Shown one piece after another: positions 45,879 to 54,337 of a DNA stretch of 64,000 nt. The stretch spans positions 47,301 to 111,300 of the forward strand of contig CAZXCL010000001.1 of the NCBI GenBank assembly GCA_964639265.1, given 5' to 3'. Position 1 is the stretch's first letter, and each line of letters opens with the position of its first letter. This DNA is from an uncultured Gammaproteobacteria bacterium (GTDB lineage: Bacteria; Pseudomonadota; Gammaproteobacteria; Steroidobacterales; JBCCMA01). A model generated the notes under the pieces. That model had not been told where the DNA came from and did no database searches. It saw only the letters and a list, made by a program, of their open reading frames with translations. The translations under genes were made by a program, and so were the position numbers.

Positions 45879-45903
45879 CCACCGGTGCGAGGCGCACCGG
45901 TGG
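45879..45903. repeat. 11-bp perfect inverted repeat between acpP and fabF
   Basis: CCACCGGTGCG-AGG-CGCACCGGTGG, with no U-tract on either side. Confidence 0.75.
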
Positions 45904-45916
45904 AGCGGGTAGCCGC

Positions 45917-46150
45917 TTAAGACTGGTGATTTTTGATGTAATCGATGGCCTGCTGAACGTTGGTGATCTTCTCGGCTTCTTCATCCGGAATCTCACACTC
46001 GAATTCATCTTCGAGCGCCATCACCAGTTCAACGGTATCCAAAGAATCGGCACCAAGATCGTCAACAAATGACGAATCAGCTGCGACGGTGTCTTCTTTG
46101 ACACCCAGTTGGTCAGCGACGATCTTTTTGACCCGCTCTTCAATACTCAT
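45917..46150 (-). CDS. acpP: Acyl carrier protein; start ATG 46150
   Basis: [10 protein letters not shown]…[17 protein letters not shown]…. Confidence 0.97.
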   Translation of the reverse strand: MSIEERVKKIVADQLGVKEDTVAADSSFVDDLGADSLDTVELVMALEDEFECEIPDEEAEKITNVQQAIDYIKNHQS

Positions 46151-46286
46151 GAGTTCATTCCTCGTACACAAAAAAGACGTCGGCGAGCCCGACGGCGCCG
46201 CCATTGTAAGTGAATCGAACGCCTCAGGCCATAACCCGACCTGGCGCTATCTTGGGCCCTAACTGCCCAATTTCAAGGCAAAAACC

Positions 46287-47024
46287 TCAGGACATGTACA
46301 TGCCGCCGTTGACATGGAGTGTCTCGCCAGTGATGTAACCCGCGCCGTCAGAGGCCAGAAAGCCCACGGCCTGCGCAATATCCGCCACGGCACCGAGCCG
46401 GCCTGCGGGCACCTGCTCGATCAGGATCGCACGCTGCTCATCGCTCAGCGCCCGCGTCATATCGGTGTCGATGAAGCCTGGCGACACCGTATTGACCGTC
46501 ACACCGCGTGAGCCAACCTCATGAGCCAGTGACTTCGAGAAGCCAATCATGCCCGCCTTGGCCGCCGCATAGTTGGCCTGGCCCGGATTGCCCATACTGG
46601 CCACCACCGAGCTGATATTGATAATGCGTCCAAACCGGGCCTTCATCATGCCGCGCAGCACGCCCCGACTGAGTCGATAGACCGCCGTCAGATTCGTATC
46701 AATGATTGCCTGCCAGTCTTCGGGCTTCATACGCAGCAACAGACCGTCGCGGGTGACGCCGGCATTATTGACCAGCACGTGCACCGGACCTTCGTTGTCC
46801 TGCACGTCCTTGATCAGGGCATCGATGCTGTCAGCGTCCGTCACGTTCAGGACCGCACCGCGTCCACCGTCGCCGAGCCGCTCGCCAATTGCCGCCGCGC
46901 CGGCCTCGCTGGTGGCCGTTCCAATGACGCGGTGTCCAGACGCCGCCAGATGATCGGCGATGGCTGCGCCGATGCCGCGGCTGGCGCCGGTGACCAGTGC
47001 AGTGCGTGTTGTCTCGTCGCTCAT
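46287..47024 (-). CDS. fabG: 3-oxoacyl-ACP reductase
   Basis: TGASRGIG, VNNAG, NYAAAK and NGGMYM motifs. Confidence 0.96.
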   Translation of the reverse strand: MSDETTRTALVTGASRGIGAAIADHLAASGHRVIGTATSEAGAAAIGERLGDGGRGAVLNVTDADSIDALIKDVQDNEGPVHVLVNNAGVTRDGLLLRMKPEDWQAIIDTNLTAVYRLSRGVLRGMMKARFGRIINISSVVASMGNPGQANYAAAKAGMIGFSKSLAHEVGSRGVTVNTVSPGFIDTDMTRALSDEQRAILIEQVPAGRLGAVADIAQAVGFLASDGAGYITGETLHVNGGMYMS

Positions 47025-47054
47025 GGTGTCTCTCTCATTTCAATCTCAAAATTA

Positions 47055-48002
47055 CTACTTATCCAGTTCCGCAGCCTGCAACAGGGCTTCATCCAGCGCC
47101 GCGGCGTCGTGCAGCGACCAGATTTTTGCACGGCGATGGATACGTTTGACCAGCCCCGTGAGCACCCGACCAGGTCCGCACTCGTAAAAGCGCGCGGTCC
47201 CGCTCTCAAGCAATCCCTGAATGGTGCCGCTCCACGGCACCGGCGAATACAGCTGACGCGCCAACGCGTCGCGCAAGGCATCCACGCTGCCCGGCGCCAC
47301 CGGACCGGCGTTGTGCATAACCGGCACCTTGGGTGCGGTTAAGTCCACCTGCGCCAGATCCGCAGCAAATTTCTCCGCGGCCGGCCGCATCAAAGCGCAA
47401 TGCGACGGCACACTCACCGGAAGCGGAAGCACCCGGCGCGCGCCCTCTTCCTCGGCCTTACTGGCCAGTCGCGCAACGGCGTCTTTGGCGCCGGCCACGA
47501 CCACCTGACCCGGCGCATTGAAATTGACCGGCTCGACGACCTCCCCGTTGGCAACCGCCTCGCACGCTGCTGCGACCTGTTCATCCGTAAGACCGATGAT
47601 CGCCACCATAGCCCCTTCGCCCTCAGCGACGGCCGACTGCATCAACTCTGCGCGGCGAGCAACCAGCCGCGTCGCATCGCCAAGCGCGACAGCGCCGGCA
47701 CACACCAGTGCGCTGTATTCGCCAAGGCTGTGGCCGGCCATGGTTGCCGGCTCAAGACCACCCTTGTCGCGCCATACGCGATAGGTGGCCACGCCAGCCG
47801 CCAGCATCGCCGGTTGTGTCCACACCGTCTGGTTAAGCTTTTCGATCGGGCCGTCCCTGACCAGGGCCGCCAGATCCGTGCCCAGCGCCTCGGAGGCTTC
47901 GGCAAAGGTGGCATTGATCAGCGGGTGGGCATCGGCCAGCTCATTCATCATGCCGACCGACTGCGATCCCTGACCGGGGAACAAAAAGGCGTCTGTCATC
48001 AT
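47055..48002 (-). CDS. fabD: Malonyl-CoA:ACP transacylase
   Basis: FPGQGSQ, GHSLGEY, NFNAPGQVV and SVPSH motifs. Confidence 0.96.
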   Translation of the reverse strand: MMTDAFLFPGQGSQSVGMMNELADAHPLINATFAEASEALGTDLAALVRDGPIEKLNQTVWTQPAMLAAGVATYRVWRDKGGLEPATMAGHSLGEYSALVCAGAVALGDATRLVARRAELMQSAVAEGEGAMVAIIGLTDEQVAAACEAVANGEVVEPVNFNAPGQVVVAGAKDAVARLASKAEEEGARRVLPLPVSVPSHCALMRPAAEKFAADLAQVDLTAPKVPVMHNAGPVAPGSVDALRDALARQLYSPVPWSGTIQGLLESGTARFYECGPGRVLTGLVKRIHRRAKIWSLHDAAALDEALLQAAELDK

Positions 48003-48598
48003 CAGGCTCCGCGTGCCGCCTCGTGCGGCTTATGGAAAACGCGCATTAAAACACAGGCCAGCGCACCACCCAATGCACCGTACAAATGTGCATCAACCAC
48101 CACCGGACCGCCGGCGGCCTCCGCCGTCATCGGCAGCGCGCCGGCATATTGTTCAAACAGCAGCTTTGCGACCAGGCCCAACAACAAATACAGACCGGAG
48201 CGCTGCCCCTGTCGCCATTCGAGCCACGCGCCAACGGCGAACAAACCGTGCAGCGCGCCCGACAGCCCCACATACCAGCCGACATCGGCGGTAAACCACC
48301 ACAACCCCGCGTCAATCGCCGCGACCGACAGCAAAAACGCCGCACACCACCATGCGAGTGTGGTGCGCGCACTGAAGATGATTCCGACCAGCACCACCGC
48401 CACCCCGTTCAACGCGGTGTGTGACCAGGACAGGTGGACAACATGCGCACCCAGCAGCCGCCACAGTTGGCCTGTGGCCAGCGCTTCGCGCTCGTAGCGC
48501 AGCGCCTCGCGCACTGGATCACCGCCCAGTGCCAGGAGCACGATGACGCCCAGCAAGGGGGCAAAAAACCACCAAAACGGTGACTTGCGTCGATTCAT
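48002..48598 (-). CDS. Rhombosortase (GlyGly-CTERM-associated rhomboid protease)
   Basis: GQLWRLLGAHVVHLSWSHTALN, YVGLSGALHG (catalytic Ser) and VDAHLYG (catalytic His); short, about 200-aa form without a soluble domain. Confidence 0.82.
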   Translation of the reverse strand: MNRRKSPFWWFFAPLLGVIVLLALGGDPVREALRYEREALATGQLWRLLGAHVVHLSWSHTALNGVAVVLVGIIFSARTTLAWWCAAFLLSVAAIDAGLWWFTADVGWYVGLSGALHGLFAVGAWLEWRQGQRSGLYLLLGLVAKLLFEQYAGALPMTAEAAGGPVVVDAHLYGALGGALACVLMRVFHKPHEAARGA

Positions 48599-48623
48599 TG
48601 AGACCTGTCCTCGGTGAGAATTT

Positions 48624-48632
48624 TGCTACAAT
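48624..48632 (+). promoter_or_regulatory. Extended -10 element upstream of gspG
   Basis: TGcTACAAT, about 70 bp before the gspG ATG. Confidence 0.45.
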
Positions 48633-48702
48633 TACGGGAATTTTTTGATGCCGCGGGCATCCTACACCTACAACACACGAGCATCAGCACGAGGCCTACT
48701 GA

Positions 48703-49173
48703 ATGAAGTCCGAAATCAATCGTAAAGCGCGCCGGGGCGCGGCGAACGTCACCTTAGCAGCCCGCCAGCGCGGCTTCACCCTGCTCGAGATCATGGTCGT
48801 GGTGGTCATCATCGGGATTATGGCCACGTTCGTTCTGCCGAAGGTACTTAATCGTCCCTACGATGCGCAGCGAGCCAAAGCACTCACCGATATGAAGTCG
48901 ATTCGCACCGCGCTCGAGCTCTATCAACTCGACAACTTTGATCTGCCAACCGTGGATCAGGGCCTGCAGGCATTGGTCACCGCGCCGAGGCCCGACATGC
49001 GCAAGTACCCCAAGGGCGGCTACATCGACGGCTTTGACGATCCCTGGGGCAATCCCTACCTGTATCGTCGTCCCGGCGAACACGGCGAATACGACATCGT
49101 GAGCCTTGGTCGCGATGGCCAGATCGGTGGTGAAGAGCAGGACTCGGACATCGGCCACTGGATGAAGAACTAG
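48703..49173 (+). CDS. gspG: T2SS major pseudopilin GspG
   Basis: RG^FTLLEIMVVVVIIG, LELYQLDN…PT..QGLQALV and DPWGNPYLY motifs. Confidence 0.96.
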   Translation: MKSEINRKARRGAANVTLAARQRGFTLLEIMVVVVIIGIMATFVLPKVLNRPYDAQRAKALTDMKSIRTALELYQLDNFDLPTVDQGLQALVTAPRPDMRKYPKGGYIDGFDDPWGNPYLYRRPGEHGEYDIVSLGRDGQIGGEEQDSDIGHWMKN

Positions 49174-49174
49174 C

Positions 49175-49711
49175 ATGACCGGACGCCTCGATCAGCGCGG
49201 CTTCACTCTGGTCGAGATCATGGTGGTTGTGGTGGTCATCGCCATTGCGGTGACCGCCGTGATCGTCAAATACGACTTCAATCTCGGTCCCAAACAGCTG
49301 CGCGAGGAAGTGCGTCGCTTTGATGTGCTGTTTCATCTGGCCTGGGAACAGGCGCAGATCGAAGGGCGCAGCGTGGGCATCGAAATTGATCAATCCAGCT
49401 TTTCATTTTTCTCCTACGATCCGCTCCAGCGCCAGTGGGTCGGCATGGAAAACGACGAATTTTTTCGCACGCGTGAATTGCCCGACGGCATCTACTTTGA
49501 TCTGCGCATGGAAGACAAGGCCATTGAGCTGCAGACCGACGACGATGACGATTCGGACATCGACATCTCGCCACAGGTGTTGCTGCTCGCCAGCGGTGAA
49601 GCGACACCGTTCAATCTGTACGTAGAAAGTGACGACACCGACATCGCGTACGAACTGGTTGTCGACGTACTCGGTGACAGCGAACTGCTGGAGCACGACC
49701 GTGGCTTCTGA
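49175..49711 (+). CDS. gspH: T2SS minor pseudopilin GspH
   Basis: RG^FTLVEIMVV and C-terminal PQVLLLASGEATPF. Confidence 0.9.
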   Translation: MTGRLDQRGFTLVEIMVVVVVIAIAVTAVIVKYDFNLGPKQLREEVRRFDVLFHLAWEQAQIEGRSVGIEIDQSSFSFFSYDPLQRQWVGMENDEFFRTRELPDGIYFDLRMEDKAIELQTDDDDDSDIDISPQVLLLASGEATPFNLYVESDDTDIAYELVVDVLGDSELLEHDRGF

Positions 49712-50255
49712 CCTGCCTGCGCTGCGCCACGCCGAACGCGGCCTGACCCTGGTCGAGGTGCTCGTGGCGCTGGTGATCGTGACCATGGCAACGCTTGCGA
49801 TCTCAGGTCAGGTTGCGCAAACCGCACGCAACACAAGACTTATCCAGACCAAGACCTTTGGCACCTGGATCGCCATGAACAAGGTGACCGAACTGCGACT
49901 GGTCGAGGGCGTACCAAGCGCCAATCGCGACGACGGCGAGGTCGAGTTCGCCGGCCGCGACTGGGTCTGGGAAAGCGAGATCAAGCCGCCGTCGGATCAG
50001 GTTGAGAATTTCATGCGCATTGAAGTTGCCGTCGCGCTGGCGGACGAACCCGACCAGATCATTGCCGAAGCGATCGGTTTTGTCGGGCGCGGCGGCAGCG
50101 GCGCTGCCGGGCGCCCGTTCGACACGCGACTGAACGCAGGTCCCGGTGGCGATACAGCGCTGGACGGTGACGATCCGCGCTCGCCACGCAATACCCCCCC
50201 GGTACCGGACGGCCCACCGGGCGGTCGACTGACACCACGGGGCGAAGGTACCTGA
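49701..50255 (+). CDS. gspI: T2SS minor pseudopilin GspI with Gly/Pro-rich tail; GTG start at 49701
   Basis: RG^LTLVEVLVAL, WIAMNK and FAGRDWVW motifs. Confidence 0.88.
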   Translation: MASDLPALRHAERGLTLVEVLVALVIVTMATLAISGQVAQTARNTRLIQTKTFGTWIAMNKVTELRLVEGVPSANRDDGEVEFAGRDWVWESEIKPPSDQVENFMRIEVAVALADEPDQIIAEAIGFVGRGGSGAAGRPFDTRLNAGPGGDTALDGDDPRSPRNTPPVPDGPPGGRLTPRGEGT

Positions 50256-50873
50256 ATGCTGCGCACGCGACATCAGCGCGGTTTCACGCTGCTCGAAGTT
50301 CTGATCGCGTCGGCGATCTTCGCGATCATCATGACGATCGTGGCGTTGTCGATTCGAGGCGCCTTCAAGCGTACGGACCGGCTTGAGGAGAACCTTGATC
50401 GCTTCAAGGAAATCCAGCGTGCCGTCCAGCTTCTGACGCGCGATCTGTCGCAACTTCAGCCGCGCTCCGTGCGCGACATTATCGGCAACGACCGTGTGCC
50501 GGCTCTGACCACAGGCGGCGACGGCGGCGGCATCGAAATGACCACCGGCGGCTGGGCCAATCCGGGCAGTTTGCGACGCAGTGTTCTGCAGCGCGTGGGA
50601 TACCAGATCGAAGAAAACACGCTGTATCGCGTGCGCTGGCCGGTGCTCGATCGCACGCAGGGCACCGTGCCGCTGCGTCGGCCGGTGCTTGAGGGAATCC
50701 TGGCACTGCAAATGCGTTTTTTTGATGAGCGTGGCGAGGACAGTGAGGACTGGCCACCGCTCGGTGGTGGTGGCAATCAAATCGGTTTCGCCGCGCGCCC
50801 GCGTGCGGTGGAGTTTACATTTGAGCTCGAAGACTACGGGGTCATCAGACGGCTCGTCGAGGTGCCGCAATGA
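50256..50873 (+). CDS. gspJ: T2SS minor pseudopilin GspJ
   Basis: RG^FTLLEVLIA, LTRDLSQ, GWANP…RSVLQRVGY and PRAVE motifs. Confidence 0.93.
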   Translation: MLRTRHQRGFTLLEVLIASAIFAIIMTIVALSIRGAFKRTDRLEENLDRFKEIQRAVQLLTRDLSQLQPRSVRDIIGNDRVPALTTGGDGGGIEMTTGGWANPGSLRRSVLQRVGYQIEENTLYRVRWPVLDRTQGTVPLRRPVLEGILALQMRFFDERGEDSEDWPPLGGGGNQIGFAARPRAVEFTFELEDYGVIRRLVEVPQ

Positions 50874-51826
50874 GCCTGCGCAGGTCCGCCGGGCGAGTCG
50901 GCCCCGCCCTGCCGCAGCGCCAGCGCGGCGTCATGCTGCTGGCCGCGATGTTCCTGGTGGTCGTGGCCACGACCTACGTCAGCAATCTGCTGTGGTCCAA
51001 TCATCTGGAAATCCGACGCACGCGCGCATTGCTGGCCATGGAGCAAGGCGCGCAATATGCGCTCGCGGGCGAAGCCTGGGCGGCTGAAATTCTGAATATG
51101 GATCGGCGCGAATCCGAAATCGATTCGCTCGAGGAACTCTGGGCTGCCACGCCACCGGCCTTTCCGATCGACGGGGGGCAGATCGTCGGTCAGATTGAAG
51201 ACCTGCAGGGTCGCTTCAACCTTAACAATCTGATCGGGGCCAATGGCGAGAAGGACGAAATCTGGTTCGTGGTCTTCCAGCGGCTACTCGAGTCGTTGAA
51301 TGTTGAAGCGCGCGTGGCCGATCAGGTGGTCGACTGGCTGGATCCCAACCAGGACGTGGAGTTTCCCAACGGCGCGGAAGATGACGTTTACACGGGAGTA
51401 GAACCTGCCTACCGCACGCCGAACAGTTTCATCACCCACGCCAGTGAGCTGCTAGCCGTTGAGGCCATCACTCAGGAGGTGTATCAGGTGCTTGCTCCGC
51501 ACGTCACGGCGCTGCCGCCCGGCACATTGGTCAACATCAACACGGCCACCGGCCCTGTGATCGCCGCCTTGTCCGAATCGTTGTCGGTGTTCGATGCCGA
51601 AGCGATCATTGAGGTGCGCACGGACCAGCCGTTTGCCGAAGCCGCCGATCTGGATGGTTATGTTGACCCGGACGGGCTGCCCCTGGTGTCGTTTTCGACC
51701 GAATTCTTCCAGGTCACGACGGTGGTGTCGCTGGACATCAGTCGCTACACTATGTTTTCTGTGCTTGAGCGTAATCCGCAAGCGGGCACAACCGTCGCGC
51801 GGCTGCGCAATCTGAGCAACGAGTAA
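50870..51826 (+). CDS. gspK: T2SS minor pseudopilin GspK
   Basis: RG^VMLL, EDLQGRFNLN, DWLDPN and VNINTA motifs. Confidence 0.93.
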   Translation: MSLRRSAGRVGPALPQRQRGVMLLAAMFLVVVATTYVSNLLWSNHLEIRRTRALLAMEQGAQYALAGEAWAAEILNMDRRESEIDSLEELWAATPPAFPIDGGQIVGQIEDLQGRFNLNNLIGANGEKDEIWFVVFQRLLESLNVEARVADQVVDWLDPNQDVEFPNGAEDDVYTGVEPAYRTPNSFITHASELLAVEAITQEVYQVLAPHVTALPPGTLVNINTATGPVIAALSESLSVFDAEAIIEVRTDQPFAEAADLDGYVDPDGLPLVSFSTEFFQVTTVVSLDISRYTMFSVLERNPQAGTTVARLRNLSNE

Positions 51827-51838
51827 GTCCCCTGCCCC

Positions 51839-53101
51839 ATGCCTGAAACCCTCGTCATTCGACTTCCTGAAGACCTCGATCAGCCGGTGCAGTGGACCGT
51901 GATCGATGACGCCGGCACGCGCATCGGCGGCGTAGGTGCCGGCACGCTGGACGAAGCGGCCAATCAGCGACTGACGCGGGACGTGCTGGCGCTGGTGCCC
52001 GGCACGCAGACAGTCTCCACCCACGCGCAGCTGCCTGTGAAGAGCGCCAGCAAAATGCTGCAGGTGGTGCCTTTTGCACTCGAAGAACAGTTGGCCGGCG
52101 ATGTCACGCGCATGCATTTTGCGATTGGCGAGCGCAACGAAGATGGCGAAGTCGCCGTCACGGCCGTACGCAAGGATCGCATGGAAGGATGGATGGAGGC
52201 CCTCGGCGCCGCCAACCTGGTTCCCACCTTGATGGTTCCCGACATTGCGGGAATGCCGCGTGTCGACAATGGTTTTACGGTGCTGCTCGGCGACCGCGAA
52301 GCCTGTATCCGTGATCCGGAAGACGTCGCCTGCCACGTCGATCTCGAGTCGCTACCCGAGCTGCTCGAACTCATGAGCACACCGGCGGATATTGAGGAGC
52401 AGGACGACGACGATGCCGAGCCAGCGCCAGAGCAACCGGTTGTCGTGTTTTTTGAAGACAGCAACGATCCCGACACGCTGCTGGAGCAAATCAAGGACAA
52501 GATTCCGCGCACGGAATTCCGCCGCCTGCCGGCGGGTACGCTGCCACGACTGGCCGCCGAAATTCTGGAGCGACCGGCGCCGAGTCTTCTGCAGGGCGAT
52601 TTTTCTCCGCGCGGACAGCTCGACAAGCTCTGGAAGCCGTGGCGCACGGCCGGCATTCTGGCTCTGGTGCTGTTGTTTACCGCCGTGACCTACAAGGCCG
52701 GCGAACTCATTACCTATAAAAACCGTTACAAAGCGCTGCGCACACAGATCAATGACTTCTATCAGTCAAACGTTCCGAACCCCGTCGTGGGTCAGTCCGA
52801 TCCGGTCGGCGATGTTCGCCGACGGCTGCAAGGCGGTGGTAGCGATGCGGCCGCGTCGGATTTCCTCGACGGTCTGAGCGTGCTGGCCGAAGCCAAGGTC
52901 GACGATAAGACCTACCTGGAAGGCATCAGTTTTTCCAACGGGCTGATGAATCTTGAGATCATTGCGCCCAACGTGCCGACGCTCGACGCGCTGCGCATTG
53001 CCATTTCCGGCATGGACGGCTGGGACGCCAAGCTCACGCAAACTCGCGACAAGGACAACGCCGTCGAAGGTCGCCTGCAACTGCAAAGGAGCGCACCGTG
53101 A
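51839..53101 (+). CDS. gspL: T2SS protein GspL
   Basis: ETLVIRL, VPFALEEQLAGD..MHFA and VPD motifs; TM after WKPWR. Confidence 0.92.
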   Translation: MPETLVIRLPEDLDQPVQWTVIDDAGTRIGGVGAGTLDEAANQRLTRDVLALVPGTQTVSTHAQLPVKSASKMLQVVPFALEEQLAGDVTRMHFAIGERNEDGEVAVTAVRKDRMEGWMEALGAANLVPTLMVPDIAGMPRVDNGFTVLLGDREACIRDPEDVACHVDLESLPELLELMSTPADIEEQDDDDAEPAPEQPVVVFFEDSNDPDTLLEQIKDKIPRTEFRRLPAGTLPRLAAEILERPAPSLLQGDFSPRGQLDKLWKPWRTAGILALVLLFTAVTYKAGELITYKNRYKALRTQINDFYQSNVPNPVVGQSDPVGDVRRRLQGGGSDAAASDFLDGLSVLAEAKVDDKTYLEGISFSNGLMNLEIIAPNVPTLDALRIAISGMDGWDAKLTQTRDKDNAVEGRLQLQRSAP

Positions 53102-53583
53102 ACGCCTGGTGGGAGTCACTCCAGACGCGCGAGCGCTGGATGGTCGGCGGCTGCGGCATTTTTCTGGTCGTGTTCTTTTTCTATCTGTTTTTGCTTGAGC
53201 CGCTTTTTGTCAACGCGGCCGATTACAAAGCCAAAACCGACCGCGCCGAGCGTGATCTGGCCTATCTGGAACAAGCCGTGCCGCAGCTGCAGGCCAGCGG
53301 CGCCCGCAATACGCGACGCAATGTCGTTGATCCCAACGCCTCACTCAACGTGATTGTCGACCGCACACGCACGACGTTTGGTCTGGCGGCGACCAACACG
53401 CAACAGGTTGGCCCGCAAAAGCTTCGCGTTCGACTCGAAGACGCGCGCTTCGACGACGTCGTCAAATGGCTGGGGCTGCTGCGCAGCGAATATGGCATTG
53501 CCATTGAGACGGCAAGCGTCAATCAGACGGGTGTACGCGGCACGACCACGGCCAGCCTTACACTAAGCCGCGAAACACCCTGA
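53098..53583 (+). CDS. gspM: T2SS protein GspM
   Basis: WWESLQTRERWMV N-terminus plus TM; VRLEDARFDDVVKWL. Confidence 0.92.
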   Translation: MNAWWESLQTRERWMVGGCGIFLVVFFFYLFLLEPLFVNAADYKAKTDRAERDLAYLEQAVPQLQASGARNTRRNVVDPNASLNVIVDRTRTTFGLAATNTQQVGPQKLRVRLEDARFDDVVKWLGLLRSEYGIAIETASVNQTGVRGTTTASLTLSRETP

Positions 53584-54329
53584 TGCGCCGCCTGCTTATT
53601 TTTGGCGTGGTGTTGTACGCGCTTTTCATCGTTCGTCAGTTTCCTGCTGCCGTGGTCGCGGGCTGGGCCGTGCCGGAGACCGTCAAGGTATACGGCGTGC
53701 GCGGCTCCATCTGGAACGGTAGCGCGGACGCCGTTGACCCCGGCGCCGCCGGTGTCGTCCTTGGCGAGACCCAGTGGACGTTAAGCCCCTGGTGGCTGAT
53801 CACCGGTCGCGCCAAAGGCTCGCTCGCGACCGAGCTCAACGAATCCAGTCGTGTCGAGGCCAGTTACAGCAAGCCATTTCTGGGCAAGAGGCTTCACCTC
53901 AGCGATATTCAGGGCATCCTGAAGCTCGATTCATTGCCTGCGGCCATGCGCCCAAATCAGGTCAACGGCAACGTCGGTCTGTCTTTCGAGTCGCTCACTT
54001 TGAACGATCTTTGGCCGGCCGCGGCCGAGGGGTCGGTTGATCTGGTCAATTTGCAGCTGTCGCGACCGCGCTCGGTTGAGCTCGGCAGTTTCGAGGTCGT
54101 GTTCGATGGTCAGTCCAGCGATCCTCTGGTCGGCAAAGTGTCGGACACACGCAGCGGGCTGAACATCGACGGCACCCTGTCGTTGGCGTCAGACCGTTCC
54201 TATCTGTTTGAGGGCAACGCCCTGGCCACACCGGAGGCGGATCGCTCGATTGCAGACGGTCTGCAGTTTCTGGGCGCCATCAACACGGACGGCAGCGTTG
54301 CTTTGAGCTTTAGCGGCACGGTCGAGTAG
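53583..54329 (+). CDS. gspN: T2SS protein GspN
   Basis: QFPAA, GVRGSIWNG and WTLSPWWL; follows gspM. Confidence 0.88.
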   Translation: MRRLLIFGVVLYALFIVRQFPAAVVAGWAVPETVKVYGVRGSIWNGSADAVDPGAAGVVLGETQWTLSPWWLITGRAKGSLATELNESSRVEASYSKPFLGKRLHLSDIQGILKLDSLPAAMRPNQVNGNVGLSFESLTLNDLWPAAAEGSVDLVNLQLSRPRSVELGSFEVVFDGQSSDPLVGKVSDTRSGLNIDGTLSLASDRSYLFEGNALATPEADRSIADGLQFLGAINTDGSVALSFSGTVE

Positions 54330-54337
54330 CTCAGCAC

